Position numbers and translations under genes: made by a program | In this document: one piece after another, positions 49,494-64,000 of the stretch | Layout of the letters: every line of letters starts with the position of its first letter | How positions within the stretch are numbered: the first letter of the stretch is position 1 | NCBI GenBank assembly: GCA_002104945.1 | Contig: MCFH01000003.1 | Span: 744,001 to 808,000, forward strand | Source: Piromyces finnis finn | Lineage: Eukaryota > Fungi > Neocallimastigomycota | Direction of reading: 5' to 3' | Length of the DNA stretch: 64,000 nucleotides | Notes under the pieces: model-generated | Seen by the model: the letters and a program-made list of their open reading frames with translations, nothing else | Told to the model about the DNA's origin: nothing | Database searches by the model: none

Positions 49494-52282
49494 TTTTAAC
49501 TTTTGTTTTTTTACTTATTTTAACAAGTATAAATATTGTCTAATTTTTAATTTTTTTTTTTTTTTTTTTTAATTTAAGTTTTTGTATTATGTTTCTTTTA
49601 TATTTCTTATATATATAAATTCGTCTATTGAAATAAAAAAAAAAAAAAGGATTCACGTATTCACTATTAAATTATTAATTAATTTATTAATTATTATGTT
49701 ATATTTGAATAAAATAAATTCAAGATATGATAATATTTGTATTATTTTATTGAATAGTGATATTTAATTTTCTATTGAAAAAAAAAGAAATTAATAAAAA
49801 ATTATTATTTTGAAATTTTATGTTGAAATGTTATTTCAATTATATTAATTAAAAAAAAATGGATATACGTTATATTTTCTAATTTAAAAAAAAAATAAAA
49901 AAAAAACCAAATTGATTTTAATTTATCTTTTCAAATATAAAATTGTTGTATTCTAAATTTATTTTCTTTTTATTTTCTTTCGTTTATTTCTATAAAAAAA
50001 AAATGAATTTTAATTTTTTAATAAACAATTTCCTTTTTCTTTTTTTTTTTTCTCTCTTTTTATTTTTTCTTTTTTAAAACTTTTTTTTTTTTTTTTTAGT
50101 TTTTTTTTACCAAAACAAAAGGAAATATTATTCTCTTTATATAAAAAAAAAAAAAAAGTTTAGACAAAAAAAAAAAGAGAAAGTAATTTAAAATTTATTG
50201 AATAAATATATTAATATTAAATGATGGACATATATTGTAATTAATTTTTTAATTATAATATTTATGAATTAAAAAAAAAAAAGAAGGCGGAAAAAAAAAA
50301 AAGAAAATAAAAAAAAATTTTTTTTAAATAATGTATAAAAAAATTTTTTATATTAAATGTAACAAGAGACTTTTTTATAATAAATAAACTTTTTATTTAA
50401 TTTATTTTGACAGAGAAATAAATTAAATGAAACTTTATTAAATTAATTTAGGATTACTTATTTTGTACTTCAAAACAAAAGTTTTTCATTTGTTAATATA
50501 TTATATAAAATAAAACAATGTATTATTAATATTAAAAAAACCACTTTTTTATATATTAAACAATATAATAATAATTACTATAATTATATATTGTATGATT
50601 ACTCAATTTAATTTACTGAATAGGAACATTTATTCTATATAATTAATGGTTTCGGCGAAAAAAACCAAAAGGTTACACAATAATGATTTTTAGAGAAAGA
50701 AAAAAAAATCATTTGTTCTAACATTTAAATCTAATTCCATTGACTAATATATAGTAATATATAATAATATATTGTAGAATATAAAAAGGGTTATCAAAAA
50801 AATATAACCAAAAAAAGATCTTGACCATATAAATTTGAAATTTTTTGAAATAATGCTAATGATCAAAGCATTAAATTTTACCACTACTTTTCATGTATTT
50901 TACCTTGAATACTATTGCCATAATTATTTTAAAACCTCTTTATAACGAGATTTATAAATACTTTATAAATACTTTTTATTATAATTATTACAAATTTTTT
51001 TCATTTTGATGATTATAAATGCTTTATATAAAAATTATTATTACTACAACACTACTATTTTATCTTTTTACAAACTATCACCATTTTTATTATTAATTCA
51101 TTCTATTTTATAGGTAAAATAGTCCAGATCAAATGAAACAACAAAATATAAAAATAGTAACCTTAAAAATTATTAGAGTTTAATTCTTATTAAAATTTTA
51201 ATTCAAATAATGGATTATAAATCATTTATCATTATACAATTTTTTTTAAAATGTTAATGTTTTTTTTCATTATTTACTCTTTCTTTGTAAAAATAAAATC
51301 GTTTTTACACTTTTCTTTTTTTCCTTTTGGCCTGAATACTTTAACTTGAGGAGTTGTTCTGGCCAGAGAGAATAAAATTTCTTCCCCAATATTTAATGGT
51401 ATAAAAAGGTTTTTAATCCATCAATGATTAAATTAAAAAATAAAATTAACTTTCTTATCAAACCAAAATTTTGTTTATAATTAAAAATGTATAAATTTTA
51501 AAAAAGATTAATATTTAAAGTTTATATTTTAATTTAATTTATTTCATTATAAAACATTTTTTTGCTTATCAGTAAATATCCCCCTTTTATAATGTTACAC
51601 AACACATAAAATCATTCGTTTTTTTCCTTTTATGGTTTTATTTATTTTTTTAATAATAAACTCAATTGATACTATTCTATTTCTATAGTTTTTTAAAGCA
51701 GCATGAATGGGTATTGAGATTTTTAGAGTTGGCCATTTTTTCCTTTTGTAGTTTTATTTGTTTTTTTTTTTTATTATAAATAAACTATTTAAAAAAAACA
51801 AAAATAGTAAAAACAAAACTAAATTGTTTACTATTTTTAATGTTTTTTTTTTTAAAAAATGATAATGAATATTAATTTTTAAAAAAAAATTTAATTAAGA
51901 AAAAAAAAATTTTAAAACATTTTTTTATCCCTTTTTTTTTTTATTATTATTTTTGTTTGAATTTAAGTTTTGAAAAGTGGGAAATTTTTGGAGAATAAAG
52001 AAGTATTAAAATGAGGTAATGAGAGTGGATAAAGTGGATGAGAATGAAATGTGACAGAAGGTGAGAATGAAAAATGTTGAAGTGAACAAAGGAACTAAAA
52101 TGATTAGGATATTATCATTTAACACTATTTTTCATAGTAATATATATCTGGATGTGGTATGAATGACATTTGTATTAATGACATATTGATAATAATAATA
52201 AAAAAATAATACTAATGATACTAATGACATATTGATAATAATAATGTTAATACTACTACTACTACTACTACTATTATTAAAT

Positions 52283-52284
<2 letters not shown>

Positions 52285-52372
<88 letters not shown>
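52285..52372. repeat. (ATT)n microsatellite
   Basis: Trinucleotide run read directly. It generates the poly-I ORFs in the ORF track. Confidence 0.9.
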
Positions 52373-52374
<2 letters not shown>

Positions 52375-54592
52375 CATTATTAATAATATTAATGATAATA
52401 TTAATAGGTCAACTCTAATTTCATTTTCTTTATACCTTCAAAATCGATACATATGGACATTATCCATTCTAAATCCTAACTGGATAAAATTAATATAAAT
52501 CGTTTTTTTAAATGATATGACTCCCTTTTTTTTTTTTTTTTTTTGAATACATCACAATTTATCATCATCTCATAGCCCTCTCAATGACACATCAGACAAA
52601 GGCTGATACTTTTAAAACATTTATTAAATAGAATAATAGTAGGATAGGATATTTTTTATTAATCCATCTAAAACATCATAATAGCATGATTATCATGAAT
52701 TAAGCACATGATCTATAGATTGTTCTCCATTTTATGTATTAATTTATGTAAATTTTTATTTTTTTTTTCTTTTTAATTTATTCTCCTTATTCTCCTAGTG
52801 TGAAGTATCACCATTTATATTAATATGACAAATTTAATTTATGTTTGTCATACATGTCATATTATCATTAATTTATCACAACATAATATTAATTTAAATT
52901 AAATTAATTTTTATGAAAAAGTCATAACGTTATCATAATAAGAAGAATTAAAAAAAAAGGGTTATCTTTAAAACCATGATGACTTTTTACCCTAAAAAAA
53001 AAAAAAAGAAAATTATCATTCTATTTAAATAGTAATGTTATTTACATAATAAGGAATATTATTAACTATTGATATTATTTAATATTTATCATGTATTTAT
53101 AAATAAAGAATTCTTATTTCATTGAATAAAAAACCCTTTTAAAATATATATAATGTTTAAAATGTATGACTATATACAAAAATGATGGTGTAAGTGATAA
53201 AGAAATTAACCTTACGATGATGACGATAAAAATTTTATATCTTTTTTAAAAAAAAAAAAAAGTCTTTTTTATTAATTATTATAATAGAGTTAATAAGGTT
53301 TAATTACTTTTTTTTTTTTAATTGCTTTATTTGATGGAATTGATAGAAAATAACAATTAAAATTTGTATAATAAAGTTTGTTTGTTTTAAATGAATAAAA
53401 TAAACTTTTTTTTTTTGTTATTCTAAGTATGAGTAATCGGGATGAAGTAAGGAACTATCCTCCTATAAGATTAGTTATTAATAAATTAAATGTTGGATTA
53501 TTTAGTGATGTGTTTTTTTAATGGCTATATCTATTTATTAAAACACTTTAAAATTATAATGCAATCCCGTGTATTTAAAAATTAAATACAAAGGAATGAA
53601 AAAAAAAGAAAAAGAGTATAATGTATGCTAGTCATTTTAAAATTAAAAAGAAAAAAAAAAGACCATGTCATAATTCTAATATTCATTGAATTATTAAAAC
53701 TATCATTAACTAAGTTACAAAGAATTATTTAAATTTCTAGGGAATTAGAATTATCATCCTCACTATTACTATAAATCCTATTATTTCTGTCATAATCACT
53801 ACTATATAATTACTATTATTACCATTATTACACTATTATTACTAATAGTATTAATGTTAATTTTTATTGTTATTCCTTAATATTGTTATTTTCGCCATTA
53901 TTTCTATTTCTATTATTATTCGGTGTTCACCAACCAAAGGTTGAATACTTTTAATCATAATGAAGGAAATAATTTTTTTTTTTTTTAATTTTTCTTATTA
54001 GATATATAAATATTTTATTTTTATTAATATTCATTTCTATTAAAGTGTCATTTTCTTTAAATTGATAAACTATGAATTAATTTTTTTTTTTTTTTTTGTA
54101 ATTTTTAATTCTACCCATCTTTTTGTTTTAAATTTAATTTCCTATATTACAATATTACATAATACATTATAAAAAGAAATGGGTAAAAACTATCTTTACA
54201 ATATAAAAAAAAAAAAAATTAATGATGGTATGAGTTTATAATAGATAAAAAAATTATAAATAAATATTAAATTATTATTTGCTTAAAAAAAGTAGTTTAT
54301 ATATATACTATATATACTATGAAACAATCCCATTTATAGTATCTATGTATACATATTGATAAAGAATACAAATTTTTGTATTATATATTTATATATAATT
54401 CATTTCATGGATTCTTTTTTTTTTTTTTTTTTTTTTTAATTCTTTGATTTAATTGTTTTTCCTTTTTCCTTTTTTTTTTTTATAATTATTTTCTTTTCCT
54501 TTTACATTATATATACATTATATATACACGTATATACATACATACATATATATGCAGTCTTTATTCATTTCTCAAATTAATAATAATTGCTA

Positions 54593-54903
54593 TCAATTAT
54601 TAATTGGTATACACTGAGAATAATATGGTGCATAATATTGACATTGATAACCATTTTGACAACAAGTTGGTCCATAGTATTCTACACCACCACATTGTTG
54701 ATAGGCACCGACACAATTAGAGGGTTCAGGTGTAAATGTAGTAGTTGTAGTGGTAGTGGTGGTAGTGGTTGGGATAATGGTTGGAACAGTTTTAGTTGTG
54801 GTTCTAGTAGTTGTTGGAATAGTCTTAGTGGTAGCTCTAGTAGTTGAAATAGTTTTAGTTGTTGTAATAGTAATTGGAATTTGAATGGAAGTAGTAGTAG
54901 TAG

Positions 54904-54941
<38 letters not shown>

Positions 54942-57668
54942 GGTACTTGAATGGTGGTAGTAGTGGTGGTAGTAGTTGGTACTTGGATGGTGGTAGTGGT
55001 AGTTGGAATTTGTGTGGTAGTGGAGGTTGAATTGTTTGATATAATACCGCACCATTTACCATCTTCACTACCCCATTGACCATCATTATCTGTGTATATA
55101 ACTTGGGTTTCTCCGTGACAACAGTTATACCCTATTTGAATGAAATAAACCATTAAAAATAATATATATATAAGGGTTAGAAAAAATAAAGCAAATATAT
55201 ATAGATATAGATATGTATTTTTGTTTTATAATAAATAGATTCTTTTTAAAACGATGATGATAATTTTACCTAAAGGTTTAGCCCAACACTAAATTGTACA
55301 AAAAAAAAAAGTATTAATATAAAATAAAATTTTAATAATAGATAAAGGTGAATAAACCATTCAACTCTATAAAACTAATTTTTTTTTCTAGAGCAAAAAA
55401 AAATATACACCATATTTTATGATAGATAGATAGATATATATTTAAAAAAAAAAAAAACTTACAGGATCTTGTTCAACCTTTTCGTCATCCTTTTGAATTT
55501 TCTTTTCAAAAATGTATGGTCCATCAACAATATTTTTTGATTCCACTTCCAATGTGGTAATACTTAATCGAGTTTTACCATCAACATTTTCAAAATCTAA
55601 TACCCCAAAATTAGAGGTAAAGGTTTGTTTGTAGTAGGAGGTGTAGTTTTTAATGGAAGAAAATCCGTAAAGTTTACTACCGGTAGAACAATTTGCCGTA
55701 AGGTAAAGGGTACCATTTTGATTTTCATAAATTTTATTGGTTTCAATGTCGTTCAACGAATAGAGACTTCCATCATCATTGTAGGAAATAAATTTAGAAG
55801 AGGAGTAGACATGATCATGACCATTAATGACAAGATCAAAATGAGCCTTATCAATCAATGGAGTTAGGCATGGACGTAAGTAAAGTTTAATATCATCTTC
55901 GGAAGAATGAGTACTACCATTACCGTAAATATCATGATGGAACATGGCAATTCGCCAATCCGTCTTTGGATGTTTTTCAATGGCTTCTTCGATAACCGTA
56001 GAAAAATCGGTACAATTGTGATTGTTGGTGTCAAGTACCACAACAAGTACATTATTATATTTAAAGTAATAGTTGTAACCGGGAAGGACACGCGTACCGG
56101 TGGTTTGAAGAACAGTATCTTGATTGTATAAATTTGGTGGATTAAAATGATGAATAAAATTATCCGTATATTGATCATGATTACCAACGGTAGCGGCAGT
56201 AGGAATGGATTGAATTAAATTTGGAGTAAGAAAAGCAGCATATTCTTTTTCTTGTAAAATAAGTTCTTCATCAGAATCGTAAGCCATAGATTCTGCTTGA
56301 TCCCCTGCTGATAAGATAAGACTTGGAGTTTTGACATAGTTTACGGCTTCGGTCAGGGTTCTATTCCAGTTAAATGCATCATTTCTAATACCTTCTTCGA
56401 TGGTGACCCCTCTATCCTTAAGAAGTTTACTGTAACGATTCTTAGAACCGCCAATTTGAGGATCACCAAGGAAAATGAAATTAAAATGATCGGAAGGATA
56501 AGTTTTAAATTCAACAGCAGGTTCCCAAATACCATTTAATTTTCTTTGATAGTAATAAATGGTGTTGCGTTGTAAACCAGTAATGGTAACTTTATTAGAA
56601 TAGTAGACGGTATCTTTGATGGTACGATGTTTAAGAAGGGTACCAGTAAATTCTTTGTATTGAGATTCATCTTCTTCTGCCGTACCATAACGAATGGATG
56701 GAATTTCATCCATGGTAGAATACCAACCGAAATTAAGCATAGATTCATCTTCCCCAACACTAACGGAAAGATGTTCATACTGATATTGTAATTCTTGATC
56801 CCATTGGGTTTTAAAGGCTTCCCATTCATCTCTTGTTTCTTCCACCAAATCACGATTATTCCATCTTGGTTCACTATCTCTCATACCACACCAATCATCA
56901 TTTTCAAAACCCCTTTTTTTTTTTTTTTTTTTTTTTAATCATTTTTAACATATAATAGTTGGGTTAAATATTTTAAAAGTTTAAATGTTAATCATACCAA
57001 ACAGATAAACAAATTTATTTATCTATTATCTGTTAAAAAAAAAAGGTTAAAACTATTTACCAGTTACCATCTTGATCCGTATAAGTTACAACAGTGTTAA
57101 AAGAAGAACAACATGGATAATTTGCTATTTTTTTTTTTTTTATGGATAATACCAAATTTAAATAAAATTTTTTTAATTATTTTAAATTTTTAATTTATTT
57201 TTTAAAAAAAAATAAAAATAAAAATAAAGCGAGAGAATTTACATATAGCTAAGGACCAACAATCTGTGTATCTATCTTCTTCTTCATCTCTAGGTATACC
57301 ACACCAATTTCCATTTTCAATACCCCTAAATAAAATAGTTTTTTTATTTATTGATTTATTTATTTAAAAAATTAATTCAATAAAATAATATAATAATACT
57401 ATAAGATAACTATGTACCATTCACCACTACTAGTTTTTGAATAAACTTTAACACCTTCTGAACAACTATTTTTTTTTTTTTTAATCATTAAAAGAAAAAG
57501 GAAGGTTAATATGTCAGAATAAATATTTTATATGATATTAAAAAAAAAAAATAAAATAAAAATAATTTTTTTACCAAGGATATTTTGGTTCTGACCAACA
57601 ATTCGTTGTATTTTCCTGAGCTTTTACGAAAGCAAAAATAAAAGATAATCCAAGGATAGTTCCTTTCA
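54593..57668 (-). CDS. Secreted dockerin-metallophosphoesterase-CBM1 protein, copy 4
   Basis: Signal [17 protein letters not shown] and two N-terminal dockerins. The catalytic exon (ORF 55442-56884) has GDPQIG, GDQAE, GNHD, MFHHD and NGHDH. It is followed by dockerin CWAKPL|GYNCC and CBM1 [20 protein letters not shown]...[10 protein letters not shown]. Confidence 0.92.
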
Positions 57669-58405
57669 TTTTTTTTTTTATTTTACAAAAAGTAATTTTC
57701 TTTCTTTTCAATAATATTTTATTGTTATTTAATATATATATTTTTATTTCCTTTTCCAACTTTATAATTTTTAAATATTAAAAAAAAAAAAAATATTTTC
57801 TTTCAAAGAAATATTTTTTTTATAATATATTGTTATTGTTATGTATTAAAAAAAAAACTATTGTATATTTTATTATTACTTTTTTTTTATTATTATTAAT
57901 TTCAAATAAAATAAAAAAAAAATATTTATATATAGATATAGTTGTTGTTTTATATATCTTTTTTAATTGATAATTATTGTTAAAATAATAATATTTAATA
58001 TATTTATATATATATATATATATTTTTAAAAAAATAAACTAATATTATATAATTAAAATAATAATAATAATAATAATACTATGCTTTTTAATAGGTGTTA
58101 TTGTTTTTCTTTTTTTTTTTTGCTTGTTTAAATAAAACAATTCTATTAAAATAGGCTAATATTTATATATAGTTATTAATAATTCAATAGTAGAGTTATT
58201 TTCTTTTATATTATTATTAATAATATTGTTTTATATATATAGATATATTATTCTTTCTTTTTTTTATTTCTTTTTTTTTTCTTCTTCTTTACTCGTTGAA
58301 ATTTTTATTTTAATGATGATGGTATTAAGTATTTCCTTTTGTTATTTTTATTTAAAAATAAAAACTTCAAGTCTTTTTTTTTTTTTTTTCCCTTATAACA
58401 TAACA

Positions 58406-58449
<44 letters not shown>

Positions 58450-61129
58450 TATTTCTATTTCTTGAATAGAATAAAAAATAAAATAAAAAAAAATGTATTT
58501 AAATAATTATAATACAAAAGTTTTTTTAACTTTTTTTTTTTTTTAAAAAAAAAAAGAAAAAAAAAAAAAGAAAAAATTCTTTTCTTTTTATACTTTAATT
58601 GATTCAACTTTTTCCATTTTTCCATTTTTTTTTAATAATTAATTTTTATTAAATTTTTAAAGTGAAAAGAATGAATGAATAAAATTAAAATAAATATTCA
58701 TTAAAGAATAATAAATGTATTTTATATTGAATACAACAATAACAAGCAATTACAACAACAACAGACAAACAAACAACCATTTTGAATACAATGAAAAATA
58801 GAAATGATGACATTCTATATTTAAAACTTTATTTCTTTTTACAATGACATTGTTTCTACGCAATGCATACTCATTACTTTTTTATAGTAAAAAAAAAATT
58901 TATTATTTTCAATTTAATTTTATTCTCTTCCCACCATACCAATACCAATATTAATAAATTATAAATAAAACTCAACCACCACCTAAAAAATTATAAAAAA
59001 AAAAAAGAGCGATCCTTCTAATGCAATACAAAATATAAAAAGGCTTTTATTTCATTATAAAAAAAACCGCTTTTCTTAATAATAAAAAAAAAAAACCGTT
59101 TTCTTTTTTTTTTTTAATAATTAAATAGAATATGAATTTTTATAAAAAGAAATGTAATAATAATTATTTTTATATATTAATATTTATTAATATTTATTAT
59201 AATATAATTATTAATATAGCTTTTTATTATTTAATATTTATATTAATCATAGATAATATTAATATTTATTATTCATTATTTATTATATAATTATATAATG
59301 AATAATATTATTATTTATTATTTATTATTTTTCTTATTTATTATTCATTAATATTTATTATATAATGAATATTATTATTTATTATTTATTTTTTCTTATT
59401 TAAATATTTAAATATTCATTATTCATTATTTATTATTTATTATTTATTATTATTCATTATTTAAATATTCATTATTCATTATTTATTATATAATTCTTTT
59501 ATTCTTTTATTATTATATAATGAATAATATTATTATTTATTTATTTATTATTTATTTATTTATTTATTTATTTATTATTGTAGCCTTTTTATTAATTCTT
59601 TTTTTTTTTTTTAAAAAAATTTAATTTAAATTCATTTTTAATAAAAAACATCAAAGTCCATTTTTATAACAATTAAAGTTTTAAACTTTAAAAAAATTAA
59701 TATTTTTAATTAAAAAAAGTGTTAAAATATTATTTTTTAAAGTTTATGACACATTCGCACGTTTAACTATTATTATATTAAAAATAATAATCATTAAAGT
59801 TTATTATGAAAAAAAAAGTTGGAGGAATGAAAAGAATGAAATGAAAGCAATAAATAGCAACAGACAGTAACTGACAGTAACTGACCGTGTTCACGATTCG
59901 TTTTAAATATCAATTTTTAAACTATTATTTTAAATAAATAAATAAATAAATAAAATAAAAAAAACACTTTTTTTTAATTTCAATTTTTATATTAAACTTT
60001 TTAGGGATAATGAAAAATTTAAAGTTTAAATTTATGGATTAATAAAAAAAAAAATGAATAGAAAATTAAAAAAAAATTATTCATTTAAATTGAATAGATG
60101 AAATCTATTGTTTTACATATATTATAATATATGGTTTAATATAAGGTTAAATTAATTGGAAACCCTTTTTAAAAAATATCAACAAAGTCGGTCTTTTAAA
60201 TTTTTAATGTAATGAAATGAAGTAAGAATATGGATAAATAAATGATTTTATTGTATATTATTATTGTATTATATCCTTATTAAACTATGGATTAATTCTG
60301 TGGTAACTACTTTAATTTATAAGGTAAAAATATCTTTTTATTATCAACTATCTACTTGATTCAAGCACTTGAAAGGATTAATAACTATTTTTGGACAGTT
60401 TACTGGATCTGCTCTGCTTTTTTGCTTGCACTTCATGATAAAAATTCAATCTCAAAAAATGTGATCTTAATATATTAACATTATATTGTAATATATTAAT
60501 GTTATATATTTTTTATTTAAATATTAAATTTCTAAATTTTCATTGGTTACCAAATAAACACTCCGATAATAAAATAAATTAAAAAAAAAAGAGCAAGTTA
60601 GGACAGATAGGTTGTCAAAGGTTAATGTAATAATAATAACTACATGGTGTGGTAGCAAATGGTATAGTAGTTGTATAAAAAAAAAAGTATCATGGTAGTG
60701 CAATAGTAGAGTAAATAAAAAAGATATTTAGTAGAATAATTCTCTCTTTTTTTATATATTATGTGGTATCAATTAGGGAGTTAGAATGAAAGATCCATAG
60801 ATGAACTATCCATTTTTAAGGTTTGATAAAGTTGTTTTTTTTTTTTTTATACAAATATCAAAATAAGAAAAGGTCTTTTTTTTTTAAAAAAAATTTTATT
60901 AATTTTAAAAAAAAAATCGATATGCCTTTAAAGTATAATAAAAATACAATTAAAAAAAAGGTTGGATAGAATAAAAAAGAAAAGAAATATTGATGATGCT
61001 GATGATAAAGTAATTAAACTTTTGATTTAAAAAAAAAATTTAAAAAAAGTATATTATTTTATCTTTTTTTTATAAAGTATACATGAATGTACAAAAATTT
61101 TATTTTGAATAGAAATGGATATTATTAAG

Positions 61130-61177
61130 GAAGAAGAAGAAGAAGAAGAAGAAGAAGAAGAAGAAGAAGAAGAAGAA
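61130..61177. repeat. (GAA)n microsatellite, about 16 units
   Basis: Read directly, intergenic. Confidence 0.9.
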
Positions 61178-61536
61178 AAGAATATACATAAAATTTTTAT
61201 TTTAAATATTGGCAAGACTTTAATTATAATTCGATGATGAGTATTGTGTAAAAAAAGATAGAATCAATCTTTATTTTATAATGAAAATCATAAAGTAGTT
61301 GTTATTGTTTTAACTTTTTTTTTACAAAAGGTTAACTTTAAAAAATTTTGGAATATTCTTTTAAAAAACTTTTTAAAAACTTTGTTTCCAATTAATCCTT
61401 TTTTTTTTTTTACTAGAGATAAGTCGTTTGGTGTGTGGGATGGTTTATTTTTTTTATTTTACTTCATTCCCATTAAAAAAAAATAAATATTAACCTAACC
61501 TAGATTTATTGTCTTTTTTTTTTTATTCATAGTTAT

Positions 61537-61586
<50 letters not shown>

Positions 61587-62325
61587 AAACTTTATCGGTA
61601 TATGTCCACCTATCAAATTATGAATAACTTTTAATTAAAAAAAATAACCGGCAAATACTTCCTAAAAGTTGGAATTTAGAAAGAATTAAAAGGCTTTATT
61701 TTTTAATAATAATAAATATCGGCGAAATATATTCCTAAAGTTGAAGTTTAAAGTTCCGATAAAATTAATATTAAAAAAAAAAAACCTTACAATCCCTTTT
61801 TGCATTGTTTAATCACGATATTTTTTTTTTTTTGAGACACCATTAAATCTTTATAAATCTTTATTTTTATTAACAATTTTTTATTTATATTTAAATTATT
61901 TATATTTATATGATTTATATGATTTATATTATATATATTATATATATATTATATATATCTTTTTTTTTTTTTTATTCTATTCTCATATTATTTTACCTTG
62001 AAATGATAAAATAGAGAAATAAAAAATTTTTTTTTGATTATTTATAATTAAATAATTATAGATATAATTATTATTTATTTATTTACTTTAGTGTATAATG
62101 TGTATGTGTGTGTGGAGGTGCACGATATTATGTGTAAAAGGATTTCTTTTTTTTTTTTAACATTAAAAAAAATTTAGACTTTTTTTTTTCCTTTTCATTT
62201 TATTTTTAAACAGAATTTAATTATTTACTTATAATAAAAAAGTTGATTTTTTTTTTTACAATGAAGCTTTAATATTTATAGATATTTATATATTTATATA
62301 ATACTACTATTTCTTTTTTTTTTTT

Positions 62326-64000
62326 TTAATAATAGTTGTTGTTGTTATTGTTATAATTGTTATTATTATTGTTATAGTTGTTGTTGTTGTTATTATTATA
62401 ATTGTTATTATTATTGTCATAGTTGTTGTTGTTATAATTGTTATAGTTGTTATTATTATTGTTATAGTTGTTGTTATTGTTATAATTGTTATAGTTGTTA
62501 TTATTATTGTCATAGTTGTTGTTGTTGTTATAATTGTTGTTATTGTTGTTGTTGTTATTATCACTAATTTGAATACATTGATGATAATAATCATTATATA
62601 CTTTACATACAAAGCCTTCTACACAACATGTAGGTCCTTGATAGCCTATACCACCGCATTGGTTAAATGCACTAACACAATTACTAGGTGAAGGTGTAGT
62701 GGTGGTTGTGGTAGTGGTAAAAGTAATAGATGTTGAAGATGGTGTTAAAATTGTTGTGGTTGTTCTAAGAGTTTTAGTAGTTGTAATAATAGGAATGGTT
62801 TTAGTGGTGAGAACTGTTGCAGATGGTGTTGGAATTGGTGTGGACGTGGTAATTATTGTAGTAGTTGTTGAAAGAGTTTTCGTTGTTGTAATGATAGGAA
62901 CGGGTTTAGTAGTAGAAGTTATAGTAATAGTAGAGGTAATGGTAGTAATTGGACTGGCTGATGTAACGGTGGTAGTGGTTGTTGTTGGTAATGTAGATGT
63001 AGTGGTGGTAGTGGTGGTGGTGGTAGTAGTGGTGGTAGTAGTTTCAATGTCAGATGTAGTAATATCAATTGTTGTTGTTGGTTCTTCTTCAATGGTGGTA
63101 GATTCTTCAAGAGTGGTGGTGGTGGTAGTAGGTTCTTCCTCCAAGGTTGTTGTGGTAATGGTATCTTTAATAATACCACACCAATCACCATTTTCAACAC
63201 CCCAATCACCATCACTGTCAGTATAGGCAACTTCAGTTGTTTGGGTACAACATGGATAACCTTGGACTTCTGACCAACATTCTATTGGATTCTCTGGATC
63301 TTCAATAGGATTGATTTCCTTTTCAAAAATGTATGGACCATCCGAGACTTCCATGGAATCTACTTCATAAATCGTAATAGAAAGCATTGTAGTGGTATCC
63401 GTTGTGTTAAAATCCAATACACCAAAAGTGGAACTATACGTTTGATTATACCTATAAACATAATCTCTATTAGGATTAGAGGAGAATCCATAAAGTTTAC
63501 TACCAGTGGAACAATTAGAAGTGATATACAATGTACCATTGACATTTTTATTTACTTCTTCCTTTTTAATGGAAGATACGCCGTAATAACCTTCCATTTG
63601 ATCATTATCCGTACCCTTATAATGAATAAAATTAGAAACGGTGTAAACATGATCATGACCATTAAGTACCAAATCAAAATGATAATGATCCATTAAACGG
63701 GTAAGACATGGACGTAACTTTGAGGTAATATCGGTATCTGATGAATGTGTACTACCATTGCCATAAATATCATGATGGAACATGGCAATACGCCAATTGG
63801 CCTCTGGATACTTGGTGAGGGCTTCCTTAATGACGGTTTCAAAATCGGTACAATCAGAATAGTTGGTTTCGAGAACAACCACAACGACATTATTATATTT
63901 GAAATAATAACTATAACCAGGAATAAATCCTTCCCATCGACTACCCTTCCAACTGTCCTTATAGGATGGGTTGGTAAAGGAATTAGGGGTATTGAAATGA
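62326..64000 (-). CDS. Dockerin-metallophosphoesterase-CBM1 protein, copy 5 (5' part beyond the window), with an Asn/Tyr-rich tail
   Basis: ORF 62326-63882 continues upstream (...[34 protein letters not shown]). It has MFHHD, NGHDH, one dockerin ([11 protein letters not shown]...WCGII), a long T-rich linker, CBM1 and then about 77 N/Y/D residues. Confidence 0.9.
   Translation of the reverse strand, partial: HFNTPNSFTNPSYKDSWKGSRWEGFIPGYSYYFKYNNVVVVVLETNYSDCTDFETVIKEALTKYPEANWRIAMFHHDIYGNGSTHSSDTDITSKLRPCLTRLMDHYHFDLVLNGHDHVYTVSNFIHYKGTDNDQMEGYYGVSSIKKEEVNKNVNGTLYITSNCSTGSKLYGFSSNPNRDYVYRYNQTYSSTFGVLDFNTTDTTTMLSITIYEVDSMEVSDGPYIFEKEINPIEDPENPIECWSEVQGYPCCTQTTEVAYTDSDGDWGVENGDWCGIIKDTITTTTLEEEPTTTTTTLEESTTIEEEPTTTIDITTSDIETTTTTTTTTTTTTTTSTLPTTTTTTVTSASPITTITSTITITSTTKPVPIITTTKTLSTTTTIITTSTPIPTPSATVLTTKTIPIITTTKTLRTTTTILTPSSTSITFTTTTTTTTPSPSNCVSAFNQCGGIGYQGPTCCVEGFVCKVYNDYYHQCIQISDNNNNNNNNNYNNNNNYDNNNNNYNNYNNNNNYNNNNNNYNNYNNNNYDNNNNNYNNNNNNNYNNNNNNYNNNNNNYY

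Noticed and set aside
60290-60430. GC-richer intergenic patch as a possible snRNA or small ORF
   Set aside because: I could not match it to U1/U2/U4/U5/U6, tRNA or 5S motifs, and found no convincing reading frame.
61648-61743. Two imperfect ~24-bp direct repeats (cggcaaatacttcctaaaagttg and cggcgaaatatattcctaaagttg)
   Set aside because: There are only two degenerate copies about 4 kb from the nearest start codon. This is insufficient for a regulatory or TE call.

Overview
This is extremely AT-rich, intron-rich eukaryotic DNA. Fungal non-catalytic dockerin domains (NCDD, CBM10-like) combined with CBM1 point to an anaerobic gut fungus (Neocallimastigomycota); this is an inference. I assembled the genes by hand across GT-AG introns, so internal exon boundaries are approximate where stated. 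From left to right the window holds: (1) a possible ankyrin-repeat tail at the edge; (2) a 7.4-kb cluster of three SUMO-pathway genes, namely a divergent 80-aa SUMO-like modifier (1447-2023, +), a divergent Ubc9-type E2 (3551-4861, -) and a minimal Siz/PIAS SP-RING E3 (5947-8821, +); (3) two paralogous Dictyostelium cAMP-receptor-like 7TM GPCRs flanking a decayed pseudogene; (4) FANCD2 with an extended acidic tail; (5) a secreted 3x dockerin + CBM1 protein with no catalytic domain; (6) a 101-bp inverted-repeat element; (7) a bacterial-type VOC/glyoxalase with one intron; and (8) a same-strand tandem array of at least five secreted dockerin-metallophosphoesterase-dockerin-CBM1 genes running off the right edge. 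The two best candidates for an undescribed system are the clustered, co-diverged SUMO/E2/E3 trio and the cellulosome- and cellulose-targeted phosphoesterase array. I recognised no rRNA, tRNA or CRISPR array.
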